DNA of 64,000 nucleotides from an uncultured bacterium. Lineage in GTDB: Bacteria > Oederibacteriota > Oederibacteriia > Oederibacteriales > Oederibacteriaceae. How positions within the stretch are numbered: the first letter of the stretch is position 1; every line of letters begins with the position of its first letter. Under the pieces are notes generated by a model. It saw nothing but the letters and a program-made list of their open reading frames with translations. It was not told the origin of the DNA and ran no database searches. The stretch lies in the NCBI GenBank assembly GCA_965112635.1, contig OZ218778.1, positions 2,560,001 through 2,624,000 on the forward strand, given 5' to 3'. Below, piece after piece: positions 18,752 through 29,158 of the stretch. A program made the translations under genes and the position numbers.

Positions 18752-19786
18752 CTACTGCTGCACTTCCTGCAGGCGCCCGAATTGGTGGTAACGCCGGGCC
18801 TGCTTTTGTCCCCGGCTGTCGTTGATATTCTCCAGCGCCCCTGCGGCCTGGTCGTTCACGTCCGGATCCGGGTCGCTTAGGAGATGGATCAGGGCGTTGA
18901 CCACGACTTTGGTCTTGATGCCCAGCTTTCCCTTTTTCAATTCGGCCACGTTGGCGATGATCTTGCAGGTCTCGCTCCTGACCTCAGGGTTATCGTTCTG
19001 AGTGGCTTTGATCAGGCTGTCAAAGGTCTTGGGGTCCACCACCAGGGGCAGCAGGATGGGAGTGCAGGTAGGGATGGGTTTAACTGCTTTTTTGCCTTTT
19101 TTCTTTCCTTTTGGCGCGGCCGGGACGACCACCTTGTTCTTCTTCCCTTTAGTAAGCACGGGGGTCTGGGTCGGGCTGGGGGTTATGGTAGGCGTCTGGG
19201 TCATGACCTCGTTTTTCAAGATACTTTTGACGGTCTTGATGGCCTGGAGCCTGAAGTCCCTGTCGTCATCGTTGAGGAAGCCGAAGATTTCAGGCAGAGA
19301 AGCTTTGGCCCTGGGGCCTAGGTTTTCCAGCGCCTCCAGCGTCCGCATGCGCACATCCGCGCTGGAGTCACCCAGGCATTTGCGCAGGGCCAGGACCACC
19401 CTGGGCTCCGGCTCACCGATATTGCCGAGGGCTTCCACGGCCCTGAACCTGACCAAAAGGTGCCTGTCCTCGATATACCTGAGCAACAGAGGGATCACGG
19501 CTTTTCCTTCAGGTCCTTTTTTTCCCAGCTCAATGATGGCGCCGGAGACCTTGTCCAAGTCATCGTCGCTCTGTTTTAAATTGTTGGTCAGGACAGGAAG
19601 GCTGTGGCTGGCCTGGAACTGGTCATAACTCCATTTCCAGTAGCCTGCCAGCAAAAGGAGGATAACGCCGAGGATGATGAGGATGGTCCTGGGTCCTGGG
19701 ATGAGCTGCCGGAACCGGGACGGTTTTTGTTCCGCCTGATGGCTTTGCATGGGTCCTTTTTGCTTTACCTCTGGCATTATCACCAC
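18752..19786 (-). CDS. Membrane-anchored HEAT-repeat protein
   Basis: One N-terminal TM helix; repeats such as LVRFRAVEALGNI and DVRMRTLEALENL; internal TxT/Lys-rich insert. Confidence 0.8.
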   Translation of the reverse strand: MVIMPEVKQKGPMQSHQAEQKPSRFRQLIPGPRTILIILGVILLLLAGYWKWSYDQFQASHSLPVLTNNLKQSDDDLDKVSGAIIELGKKGPEGKAVIPLLLRYIEDRHLLVRFRAVEALGNIGEPEPRVVLALRKCLGDSSADVRMRTLEALENLGPRAKASLPEIFGFLNDDDRDFRLQAIKTVKSILKNEVMTQTPTITPSPTQTPVLTKGKKNKVVVPAAPKGKKKGKKAVKPIPTCTPILLPLVVDPKTFDSLIKATQNDNPEVRSETCKIIANVAELKKGKLGIKTKVVVNALIHLLSDPDPDVNDQAAGALENINDSRGQKQARRYHQFGRLQEVQQ

Positions 19787-19810
19787 CTCCCTTTCAATAC
19801 AAAGATTGTA

Positions 19811-21806
19811 TCACGGCTCCTGGCTCAGCGCTTTCAAAGCTTCGGGGGTGCCGATGGACTTGAGCGCATATTCCGCGCCCTGGCGGACCGCCCTGTTGCT
19901 GTCCTTCAAACCCTCGCTCAAACCCGGTATGGCCTTCGGACCGATCTTGATCATGGCCTGCACCGCCCCCTTGTAAACACCCTGCGAGTCCGCCTCTTGC
20001 ATGGCCCTCGCCAGATTGTAGCCCGCCTCTTCGTTGGCGGGGTTTGAGCCCGAGGAAAAATCGCTCATGGCAATATCCCGCGCTTCGTCCTGGTCCTGCT
20101 TGAGGGACCACAGCAGGGCCGGGACCGCCGGAGCCGCGCTAGAACCCATCCGGCCTATTTCCACCGTGGCCCAATAACGGACAAAATGGTCGCCATCCCC
20201 CAACAGCTGGGCCATTTTAGGCAGCATCCCCGGTGCGGGGGGCCCGACTTTTTCCAGCCCGTCGAAGGCCATGCTCCGCAGTTCCTTATCGTTGTCCTTC
20301 AAGAGCTCCATCATCTGGGGGATCATCTCTTTGGACTGGAACCCCGCCTCCACGATATCCTTGGCGCAGATCCGGCGCAGGCCCAGGTCTTCTGTTTTGA
20401 GATAATTGACCAGGGCCGGGACCGCCGCGGGTTTGGGCGCTCCGATGTTCTCCAAGGCTTCTATCAAGCATTTACGGATGCCTCCATCCTGGTAATCTTT
20501 GTAATAGTCCTGGAAGCTGGCGAAATGATTCTTAGGCCCGAAAGTTATGAGCGAACCGACATCAGGCCCCGTCTCTTTGTCTATGCCCTGCGGGTTGCGG
20601 GAAAGCAGGTCCAGCAGGTCGGGGACCGCGTCCGCGGCAACCTCATCCAGGTTGCCCAGCTCGATCACCGTGAAATACTGGACAAACCCGTCCGGGTCCT
20701 TGAGGTCCTGAATGAGATCAGGGACCGTTTTGGCCGAAGGGGCGCCGATGATCCTGAGGGAATCGAACGCCTTGGTCCGCACTTCTCGGTCCGGGTCTTT
20801 GAGGGCCTGGACCAGGCAGGGCACGGCATCCGCGGCGCCTGTGTTCATTTTGAGCAGGATAGTCACGCTGCTTTCCCGGATCTCGTCGTCCTGGTTCTTG
20901 AGCACCCCGCAGAAAAAGGCGGCCATACCGGGGTCCACATGGCCGATCTTACGCAGGGCCATCAAAATGCTTTTGCACGCGTTTTTATCCGGCTCGCTCT
21001 TCAAAGCCTGCATGAGCTCCGGCACGGCGTCCTTGGCGTCCTCGCCCATCAGCCCCAGCAGGTCCGCCGCCCGGCCCCGGATGGTCATGTGCTGGGCGTC
21101 ATGGAGCATTTTGATAAGGTTCGTTTTGGATTCTTTGGGGACGACGCCAATGGCAAAAACGGCGTCCATGGTCTGCCATCCTGACCTCAGGAACAGCGTC
21201 CTGGAATGTCCAGCTCAATTGGGTCAGAACATCTGCGGTGTTCGCGCCCCTCTGCCCCAAAGCCTGGGCGGTCATCTGCCGTACCTGAGGGTCTTTATCC
21301 AGTAAAAGCTGGGCCAGGTCGTTCAAGTGGTCGCCGATGTCCAGGTAGGGCTTGGAAAAAGCGTAGGCCGCGCGGAATCTGACCGTGGGGCTCTTGTCCA
21401 AAAAGGCTTGGACCAGGTCCGGGACCGCGGGCTTGCCGATCTCAGCCAAAGCCTCGCTGGCAACAAAATCATCCTTGTTCTTTTCATCCTTCAAAAGGGC
21501 CATGACGATGGGGACCGCTTCTTGGCCTATCACGGCCAGGGCTTTTTTGGCGTAATAGCTCTGCATGGTGTCCTGGCCTTTTAAGATCTCCACCATGGCA
21601 GCGGCCTGTTTTTGCTGCAGGTCGGGATAGATCTTGGCCACTTCTTTTAAAGCATCCGCCCGCACCCGGTCGTCAGGAGAGATAAGCCTTTTTTCCAGGG
21701 GCTCTTCCGGGACCTTGAGGCTGAAAATGGTGGCGGGACACAGGCAAAGGAATGCTATTAAAAATAAATTCAGGGCCAAAAACCTGTTCTTAGGTTCCTT
21801 CATCAT
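19811..21806 (-). pseudogene. Exported HEAT-repeat protein split by a single extra base near 21172 (ORFs 21099..21806 and 19811..21169)
   Basis: Minus strand reads ...GTC AGG ATG GCA G[A]CC ATG GAC GCC. Removing one base gives the continuous HEAT repeat DAVPEVRMAAMDAVFAIG and a protein of about 664 aa. Could be a real mutation or a sequencing error. Confidence 0.75.
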
Positions 21807-21812
21807 TGTTTC

Positions 21813-22739
21813 TTATTTCTCCTGAGGTTTGGCGTTCAAAGAGGCGTACTCCACGGCTTTTTTGAGGAGAATCGCCACGGTGACCGGCCCAACCCCGCCG
21901 GGCACCGGCGAAATGAAACCGCAGCGCTCTTTGGCTTTTTCGAAATCAACGTCGCCCACGGTCATCATTTTCGGCTTTCCCTGTTCGTTCATCACGGGTT
22001 TGCCGTCCTTATCGACGACCGCGATGCGGTTGGTCCCGACATCGATGACCACGGACCCCCGTTTGACCAGGTCTCCACTGACCATACGAGGTCTTCCCAC
22101 GGCCGCGACCAGGATATCGGCCCGCCGGATGTGGTCGGCCAGGTTGGCCGTGCCTGAATGGCACACCGTCACCGTGGGAGAATTGGAGGAAGGCAAAGAA
22201 CGGAGCATCAGCATGGCCAGGGGCATTCCCACGATCTCGCTGCGGCCGATAATGACCGCTTCCTTGCCTTTAAGAGGCACCCCGGTTTCGAGGATCAGGG
22301 TCAAAGCAGCCAGGGCCGTGCAGGGAGCGCAGATCTGTGTTCCGTACACGATAGACCCCATATTAGCCGGGTGCACACCCTCAACATCCTTAAGCGGCAA
22401 TATCAGGGACTGGAGAATGTTTTGGGGCAGCTGGCTGGGCAACGGGGTCTGCAAGATGATGCCGGTCACCTGGGCGTCCGCGTTGGACTCCCCCAAGGCG
22501 GCCACGACCTGGTCGACCGTGGAGGCCAGGCCAAGCTGTTTTATCTCATACGGGATGCCGATCTCTTGGAATGCCTTGGCTTGCTGTCTGACGTAAAGGC
22601 TAGAAGAAGGGTCTTCTCCAACCTGGATGGCCTGGACCTTGAGGGGCAAACCTTTGTCCTGCAATTCTTTTATGGCTGGTTTTAAACTTTCCTTTATTTT
22701 GCCTGCTACCGCCGTGCCGTCCAAAATGCTCACCGCCAT
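21813..22739 (-). CDS. folD: Methylenetetrahydrofolate dehydrogenase/cyclohydrolase
   Basis: KDVEG, PCT, GRSEIVG, IDVG, GDVDF, PVPGGVGPVT. Confidence 0.95.
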   Translation of the reverse strand: MAVSILDGTAVAGKIKESLKPAIKELQDKGLPLKVQAIQVGEDPSSSLYVRQQAKAFQEIGIPYEIKQLGLASTVDQVVAALGESNADAQVTGIILQTPLPSQLPQNILQSLILPLKDVEGVHPANMGSIVYGTQICAPCTALAALTLILETGVPLKGKEAVIIGRSEIVGMPLAMLMLRSLPSSNSPTVTVCHSGTANLADHIRRADILVAAVGRPRMVSGDLVKRGSVVIDVGTNRIAVVDKDGKPVMNEQGKPKMMTVGDVDFEKAKERCGFISPVPGGVGPVTVAILLKKAVEYASLNAKPQEK

Positions 22740-22888
22740 CCCATCCCCTCTCTAAACCATCGGAATATTCTGATAATATCATAGTATTTCCAAACTTCCA
22801 CGCCTCGGCCCCGGAAAGCCCGCGCAACATAACGGGCTTGTTTTGGCTCCACTCCAAGGTGTTCTGGCCGCAGTATTAATAGGCTGGT

Positions 22889-25177
22889 TTAAAAGTTAAG
22901 ATTACCCTTCCATACTCCGCCCCCGAAGGTGGCAATGTAGATCTTCGTGGGGTCCTGGGGGTCAAAGGTCACCTGCTGGGGGCAGGCAAAGGGCACTCCG
23001 GTCAGTTCTTCCCAATGGGCCCCTCCGTCCTTGGACCACATCATGCCCTGGCCGTCGCTACCCATAAAGAGCGTATCAGGTTTATCAGGGTCAAGCGTAA
23101 TAGTATGGGCCTGCAGGTAGGGCGAATATTTCATATCTTCGTCTTTGAGCATCCTGGTCCAGGTCTTGCCACCATCAACGGTTTTGTAAACTCCGCCCTG
23201 GGATGCTTTGGGCCCTGTGGCAGCGCTCAGGTAGATCATCTTGGAGTCCCGCGGGTCAACAGCCACCCCAGTGGGCCAGACCAGAGGGTTGCTGGCCGTG
23301 ATATATTCCCAGCTGTCCCCGCTATCCTGCGAACGGTAAAGACCGCTGCCCGGATAGGCGAAGAAATCCCCGCCTTTGCGCTTGGCCGTGACCACGCAGA
23401 AAAGGCTGTGGTCAGACCCCATCGTGACGGCCAGGCAGTGCATATTCTGCGGATTAGCCAGGCCGTCCGATTTTTTCACCCAGTTTTCACCGCCGTCCGT
23501 GCTCTTGTAAACCCCTTCGTTATAGACCACCGCGTAAAGCGTCCGGCTGTCCACAGGGCTCTGTTTGTCCAGGCACAGGGACTTGACCGGTGCGTCAGGC
23601 AGGCCGTTGGATTTGACCACCCAGGTCGCTCCGTGGTCTGTTGATTTACACACCCCTCCTTTGCCGACCCATCCATCCCCTACACCGGTCCAGTGCGGGA
23701 GGTCGTGCTGGGAAGAAAAGCCGGCCCAAACCACGCCCTGCTGCTGGGGGTCGCAGATCAGGTCATAGGTGGTGTTGTGCCACTCATCCGGCACGCCTTC
23801 CATATTATGCTTCCAGCTTTGTCCTCCGTCGCTGCTGGCTGCCATGCCGATGTCCGTGTAGCAGATAAAAGTCCTGTTAGGGTCAAAAGGATCAACCACA
23901 TATTTCCAGGTCGTGGTGTCCTCGGCGCCGATGGAGGTCCAGGTGCTGTCCTTGTCCGGAGGTTTGTTCCCGCTCACCTGCCTGGTGTAGACCTGGTGCC
24001 AGGTTTTGCCCCCGTCGTTGGTGAGCACCAGGGCCATCCCGGTCGCATACACGGCAATATCCGCGTCGTTGCGGCACACGCTCAGGTCGCCGTCACCATC
24101 ATTGGCATCCGCGGCGTAATACAGGCTAGTCGGCATCCAGCCATTCTCCAGATTGCAATCATTGTGCCTAGGGTCGTAATAAAGGGTCGCGGCCCAGTGC
24201 TGGCCGCCGTCGACCGTGCGGTAAATGGTACGGTGCTTGGGCGGCCAGTATCCCGTGCCCGCGGCGCTGACATAAACCGTCTCCGGGTCGTTTTCCGCCA
24301 AAGCCAACCGGCCGTACTGCGCGATATCGCCGTCGCCGTACCCGTCCACTTTGCCCAGGCTGGTATTCATGCCCTCACCCATGTCGGTTTGCCAGGAATC
24401 CGCGCGGTCTTGAGACCGGTAAACTCCTCCTTTAAAAGCGCCTGCCTCCTTCTTGGAGGTTATGGTGCAATAAAAGACCGTCTTGCCGGTTTTGGCCTCC
24501 ATAGCCCCGCCAAAGCCTTTTAGCTCCAACCACGCTAATCCCTTGTTCTTTTCCTGCCAAATTTTACCGTTATCGTCCGAACGGAATATCCCGCTAGCCG
24601 TGCAGACATAAGCCGATTTCTTGTCCATGAAAAAACCAATGGCCGGTCCCTTTCCTTCCAGGCATTGGGTCCAGGTCTGGCCCTCGTCAGCGCTCATCCA
24701 TATCCGCGGAGTTGCCCCGGAATACCGCGCCTCGGTCCCGGCCAGAATGGCCACTTTTTCCTTACCGCCGGTATAAAGGCAGGTCACAAAATCTCCCCCC
24801 CAGGGAGTAGCGGCCCCCAGCATTTCCCAGGTTTTACCCCGGTCATGGGACACTTTGACGCCGCCCTCTTTGTTGGCGCTGGCCGAGTAAATGGTATTGG
24901 GGTCAGTCGGATGATAAGCTTCTCCGCCGGTCTGCAGGCATCCGGAAAGCGACCTAAAATCCAGCATGGTCCACTTTTTAGCCCCATCCTCCGAGCAATA
25001 GACGCCGCTCATATCCGAATGAACCATCATCAGTTGGTGGTCAAAGGGAGAAATGGACGGCTTTAAATAAGTGCCGCCTCCGCCTATGCCCACTATGGTA
25101 AAGCTATTGTCCTTATCCCCGGCATAAACCAAACTCGACAAAGAAATAAGCACACACAGCCAAAATATTTTTTTCAT
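22889..25177 (-). CDS. Exported BNR/Asp-box (VPS10/GH74-like) beta-propeller protein without stalk or C-terminal sorting domain
   Basis: Signal peptide; GIGGGG, SDMSG, YTDIG, QHDLP, ATFGGGVWK motifs collinear with the head of 4879..8163. Confidence 0.8.
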   Translation of the reverse strand: MKKIFWLCVLISLSSLVYAGDKDNSFTIVGIGGGGTYLKPSISPFDHQLMMVHSDMSGVYCSEDGAKKWTMLDFRSLSGCLQTGGEAYHPTDPNTIYSASANKEGGVKVSHDRGKTWEMLGAATPWGGDFVTCLYTGGKEKVAILAGTEARYSGATPRIWMSADEGQTWTQCLEGKGPAIGFFMDKKSAYVCTASGIFRSDDNGKIWQEKNKGLAWLELKGFGGAMEAKTGKTVFYCTITSKKEAGAFKGGVYRSQDRADSWQTDMGEGMNTSLGKVDGYGDGDIAQYGRLALAENDPETVYVSAAGTGYWPPKHRTIYRTVDGGQHWAATLYYDPRHNDCNLENGWMPTSLYYAADANDGDGDLSVCRNDADIAVYATGMALVLTNDGGKTWHQVYTRQVSGNKPPDKDSTWTSIGAEDTTTWKYVVDPFDPNRTFICYTDIGMAASSDGGQSWKHNMEGVPDEWHNTTYDLICDPQQQGVVWAGFSSQHDLPHWTGVGDGWVGKGGVCKSTDHGATWVVKSNGLPDAPVKSLCLDKQSPVDSRTLYAVVYNEGVYKSTDGGENWVKKSDGLANPQNMHCLAVTMGSDHSLFCVVTAKRKGGDFFAYPGSGLYRSQDSGDSWEYITASNPLVWPTGVAVDPRDSKMIYLSAATGPKASQGGVYKTVDGGKTWTRMLKDEDMKYSPYLQAHTITLDPDKPDTLFMGSDGQGMMWSKDGGAHWEELTGVPFACPQQVTFDPQDPTKIYIATFGGGVWKGNLNF

Positions 25178-25298
25178 AAGACCTCCTTGTAAAGATGACC
25201 TAAGTACCCGTAAGTTTACCCCTTTAAAAGTTCATTGCAAAGTAATGGGACACAATGCTTGGGGCTGTCTTTTTTGTTATAATCCACTTTAAAAAGGG

Positions 25299-26117
25299 GT
25301 GGCCATGAAACAATACCGTATCAAAAACAGCAAACGGACCAAATTTCTGGAAAAGAAAAAACCCGTGGCCAGGATAGAGCCAGCCTCGCTGGTGACTATG
25401 AAAATATCCTGCTGTACTGACGGCTATTCCCTGGCCGGTCCCATCTATGTCCATGGCGCCAAAAAAGGCAGCTCCCTGAAGATCACGGTCAAGGACATCA
25501 GGGTGGAACGCCAGGGAAGCTGCTGCGGTCTGTGCATCCCGGTAAGGAGCAACAAAGCTATTTTGGATAAGCACATCGCCATCGGCCTAAAACCCAATAT
25601 AGGGGTGCTGGGCGTGATTCCCGCTAAAGGCAAGGCCTTGGCCACCACTCCCGGCAATTACGGCGGCAATATGGACGCCAACGATGTGCAAAAAGGCTCT
25701 GTGGTTTACTTACCCGTATGGGTGGACGGAGCCTACCTGTATGTTGGAGACACGCACGGTGTGATCGGCGATGGCGAAGTCTGGGGGCAGGGTTTGGAAA
25801 TAGGCGCGGAAGTGGTTTTGCTCATTGAAATAGAAGACAGGCCCTGGTTTGACGAACCCTACGCCATCAAGGACGGGAACCTTTCCATCATGACCTCGGG
25901 CGGGTATGCTGACGGCATTAACACGGGCCTCGACAAAATGACGGAGTTTTTGCAGAAGCGCACGACATTATCTCCCAATCAGGCCAAAGCCCTGATGAGC
26001 ATGGCCGGCACCCTCGGGATTTGCCAGGACGTGTGCCCGGCCAAGACCTTCAGGTTCAGCGTCCCCATGAAATATTTAAGGAAGGTCTTGCTCCCGCCCC
26101 GCCCCAAAAGGAAGTAA
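25299..26117 (+). CDS. Acetamidase/formamidase family protein
   Basis: GPIYVHGA, GGNMD, YLPV, GDTHGVIGDGEV motifs. Confidence 0.82.
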   Translation: MAMKQYRIKNSKRTKFLEKKKPVARIEPASLVTMKISCCTDGYSLAGPIYVHGAKKGSSLKITVKDIRVERQGSCCGLCIPVRSNKAILDKHIAIGLKPNIGVLGVIPAKGKALATTPGNYGGNMDANDVQKGSVVYLPVWVDGAYLYVGDTHGVIGDGEVWGQGLEIGAEVVLLIEIEDRPWFDEPYAIKDGNLSIMTSGGYADGINTGLDKMTEFLQKRTTLSPNQAKALMSMAGTLGICQDVCPAKTFRFSVPMKYLRKVLLPPRPKRK

Positions 26118-26166
26118 AAAGGGATAAGTCCAAGGCGATTCCAGCTCAAAGAATACAAGGTTCAAC

Positions 26167-26451
26167 CTACTTTTTATATTGCCCCGTTCCCAGCCAGAGG
26201 CGGCACAAAAAGATGGCCAGCAACCAAGTTCCCAGATCAGCCAGGACAATGGCCAACAGGACCAGGCCGTCCCATGCCGCGAACCATTGGGGGTAGGCAA
26301 GCCGGACAGCCCCATAAAATAAAAAGGTAGCGACCAAAGGGACTCCGGAACGCCTGTTATTGTATTTAAACTGGCGGTAAACCAATTGGATATTTTTGAA
26401 TATCAAGGCCAGAGCGGCCAGGCCAAGGATGTTTCCGACTATGAACATCAT
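26167..26451 (-). CDS. Small hypothetical membrane protein (about 3 TM helices)
   Basis: Hydrophobic 94-aa ORF with a GGAGG RBS upstream, downstream of argH. Confidence 0.55.
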   Translation of the reverse strand: MMFIVGNILGLAALALIFKNIQLVYRQFKYNNRRSGVPLVATFLFYGAVRLAYPQWFAAWDGLVLLAIVLADLGTWLLAIFLCRLWLGTGQYKK

Positions 26452-26545
26452 GGTTCATTCCTCCAGCAACAGGATCATCCCTCATTATCTTGGGCTGTGT
26501 GCCCCGGAGATGGAAACGACCTGAACATGCTCAAGCAGGTGTGGG

Positions 26546-27925
26546 CTAAAAAGCTTTTAGCCTTTTCCAGACTTCAGCAAGGGCTTTTTTGACGGAGGCC
26601 GGGGCCGTGCCGCCAAGGGAGACTTTATTATGGATGGACGCGGAAAGGCTGACCTTATCCATCACGTCGTCCCCGAACAAAGGCGAATAGGCCTTCCACT
26701 CAGTGATGGTCAGGTCGGAAAAAGTCATCTTGCTTTTGAGACAGTCCTTGACGATTTTTCCGGTCAGCTCATGGGCTTCCCGAAAAGGCATTCCCTTTTT
26801 GACCAGGTAATCCGCCGCATCCACAGCCAGGATATATCCCTGATCGCAGGCAGCGGCCATTTTGTCGCTGTTGACCTTCATGGTCTTGAGCATCAGGCCG
26901 AACAAGGGCAGGCCGTTCTCCAGGGTGTCGCAGGCGTCAAATAGCGCTTCTTTATCCTCCTGCAAGTCCTTGTTGTAAGCCAGGGGCAGGGCCTTGAGCA
27001 CGGTCAAAAGAGACATCAAGTGCCCGTAAACCCGGCCGGTTTTAGCCCGCAAAAGCTCCGCCAGATCAGGGTTCTTTTTTTGCGGCAGCATGCTGGACCC
27101 GGTCGTCAAACTGTCGTCCAGCTCGATGAACTGGAAAGCCGGGTTGGACCACAAAATAAGCTCTTCGCACAACCGCGAGCAATGAGCCATGAGCAGGGAC
27201 GCGTCAGCCAAAAACTCCACCACAAAATCCCGGTCAGAGACCGCGTCCAGGGAATTGGCCGTGACCTTGGGGAAACCCAAAAGCTTGGCCGTAAAGTTCC
27301 GGTCGAGCTTATAGCCCACTCCGGCCAATGCTCCGGAACCCAAGGGCATGACATTGACCCGCTTGAGGCTGTCGGAGAGCCGTTCCTTGTCCCGCTCCAG
27401 CATCTCAAAATAAGCCAGCAAGTGGTGGCTGAAAAGCACGGGCTGGGCAGGCTGGAGATGGGTCATGCCCGGCATGACCGCCTGTAAATTTTTTTGGCCG
27501 AGGCCAACCAGGACCATCTGGACATTCTTGACCTTGGTGATGATGGAAAGGATCTTGTCCCGCAAATAAAGCCGCAGGTCCAAGGCGACCTGGTCGTTCC
27601 GGCTACGGGCCGTATGGAGCTTGGCTCCGGCTTTGCCTATTTTTTGGATGAGCTTTTTCTCTATAGCCAGATGCACATCCTCATCCTGCACCTGAAAAAC
27701 AAATTTCCCCGCCTTGACCTCTTGGAGGATTTGCAAGAGGCCCTTGGTGATCTTTTTGGCTTCTGCAGGCGTGACGACTTTGGCCTTAGCCAGGGTCTGG
27801 ACGTGGGCTAAACTGCCTTTGATGTCGTAAACAGCCAGCCTTTGGTCAAAGGCAATGCTGGCCATAAAAGGCTCTGCCGCTGGGGCGAGCCCCTTGCTGA
27901 ACCGTCCTCCCCAAAGTTTTTTCAT
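26546..27925 (-). CDS. argH: Argininosuccinate lyase
   Basis: LWGGRF, HTARSRNDQ, GSSMLPQKKNPD, YNKDLQEDK. Confidence 0.97.
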   Translation of the reverse strand: MKKLWGGRFSKGLAPAAEPFMASIAFDQRLAVYDIKGSLAHVQTLAKAKVVTPAEAKKITKGLLQILQEVKAGKFVFQVQDEDVHLAIEKKLIQKIGKAGAKLHTARSRNDQVALDLRLYLRDKILSIITKVKNVQMVLVGLGQKNLQAVMPGMTHLQPAQPVLFSHHLLAYFEMLERDKERLSDSLKRVNVMPLGSGALAGVGYKLDRNFTAKLLGFPKVTANSLDAVSDRDFVVEFLADASLLMAHCSRLCEELILWSNPAFQFIELDDSLTTGSSMLPQKKNPDLAELLRAKTGRVYGHLMSLLTVLKALPLAYNKDLQEDKEALFDACDTLENGLPLFGLMLKTMKVNSDKMAAACDQGYILAVDAADYLVKKGMPFREAHELTGKIVKDCLKSKMTFSDLTITEWKAYSPLFGDDVMDKVSLSASIHNKVSLGGTAPASVKKALAEVWKRLKAF

Positions 27926-27928
27926 TTT

Positions 27929-29146
27929 TTACTTCCCCTTTTTCAGCGGACTGCTGGCAGCCGGCTTTAAAGTCACCGGCAAACCGAACAGTTTGATGAA
28001 CCCGAACGAATCCTTTTGGTCATAAACAGAGTCAGCCCCAAAAGTGGCCAGATCAGCGTGGTACAGCGCCTCACTGGATTTCCGGCCCAGGATGTTGACC
28101 AGCCCCCTGCACAGCTCGACCTTGATGTCGCCGGTCACGGTCTTTTGGGTGCTGTTGACCCACGCGTCCAAAGCCTCTCTTAGTTTGGTGAACCACTGGC
28201 CGTAATAGACCATCTCCGCGTATTTTAGCGCTATCAGTTCCTTGTATCTTTGGGTCTCCCTGTCCAGGGTGATGGACTCCAGCTCTTTGTGGCACGCCAA
28301 GAGCACTGTGCCGGCCGGGGTCTCGTAAACTCCCCGGGATTTCATGCCCACCAGTCTGTTTTCCACGATGTCGGTCCGGCCTACCCCGTGTTTTCCCGCT
28401 ATTTTATTGAGGGTCTGGATAAGCTGGACGCCCGGCATTTTCCGGTTGTTCAGGGAAACCGGGATGCCCTTATTAAAGCCAATGGTCAGCACCTGCCCCT
28501 TTTGAGGCGCTTTTTTAGGGTCAACGGTCAGCTTAAACATATCCGCTAGAGGCGGATTCCACAAATCCTCCAAAACACCGCCTTCGTAGCTGATATGCCA
28601 CAGGTTCTGGTCCATGCTGTAGGGCTTCTTTTTGGTCACCGGGACCGGGATGCCATGGCTGGCCGCGTAGTCTATCTCATCCTCCCGCGATTTCAGGTCC
28701 CATTCCCGCCACGGCGCAATGATCCGGATATGCGGGTCAAAATGCCTGAAGGTCAGCTCGAACCGTACCTGGTCATTGCCCTTGCCCGTGCAGCCGTGCG
28801 ACACCGCGTCGGCCTTAACCTTTTTGGCCACCAGCATCTGGTGCTTGGCAATAAGCGGCCGGGCTATGGAGGTACCTAAAAGATACTTGCCCTCATACAC
28901 GGCATCCGCCTTGAGCATGGGCCACAGATACTCATGGACGAACTCATTTCTGAGGTCCTTGACCACGACCTGGGACGCCCCGGACTTTTTGGCTTTTTTG
29001 GCCACCGCGCTGTAATCATCGCCCTGCCCGACATCGGCCACAAAAGCCACGACCTCACAGCCGTAGTTCTCCTTGAGCCAGGGAATGATGATGGAGGTAT
29101 CCAGACCTCCCGAATAAGCTAAGACAACTTTTTTGACTTGTTCCAT
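27929..29146 (-). CDS. argG: Argininosuccinate synthase
   Basis: AYSGGLDTS, HGCTGKGNDQVRF, ENRLVGMKSRGVYETP. Confidence 0.97.
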   Translation of the reverse strand: MEQVKKVVLAYSGGLDTSIIIPWLKENYGCEVVAFVADVGQGDDYSAVAKKAKKSGASQVVVKDLRNEFVHEYLWPMLKADAVYEGKYLLGTSIARPLIAKHQMLVAKKVKADAVSHGCTGKGNDQVRFELTFRHFDPHIRIIAPWREWDLKSREDEIDYAASHGIPVPVTKKKPYSMDQNLWHISYEGGVLEDLWNPPLADMFKLTVDPKKAPQKGQVLTIGFNKGIPVSLNNRKMPGVQLIQTLNKIAGKHGVGRTDIVENRLVGMKSRGVYETPAGTVLLACHKELESITLDRETQRYKELIALKYAEMVYYGQWFTKLREALDAWVNSTQKTVTGDIKVELCRGLVNILGRKSSEALYHADLATFGADSVYDQKDSFGFIKLFGLPVTLKPAASSPLKKGK

Positions 29147-29158
29147 GATTAGCCCTCT

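Noticed and set aside
18752-21806. Phycobilin lyase (PBS HEAT) function
   Set aside because: Both proteins are exported or anchored and there is no phycobiliprotein context; generic HEAT repeats.
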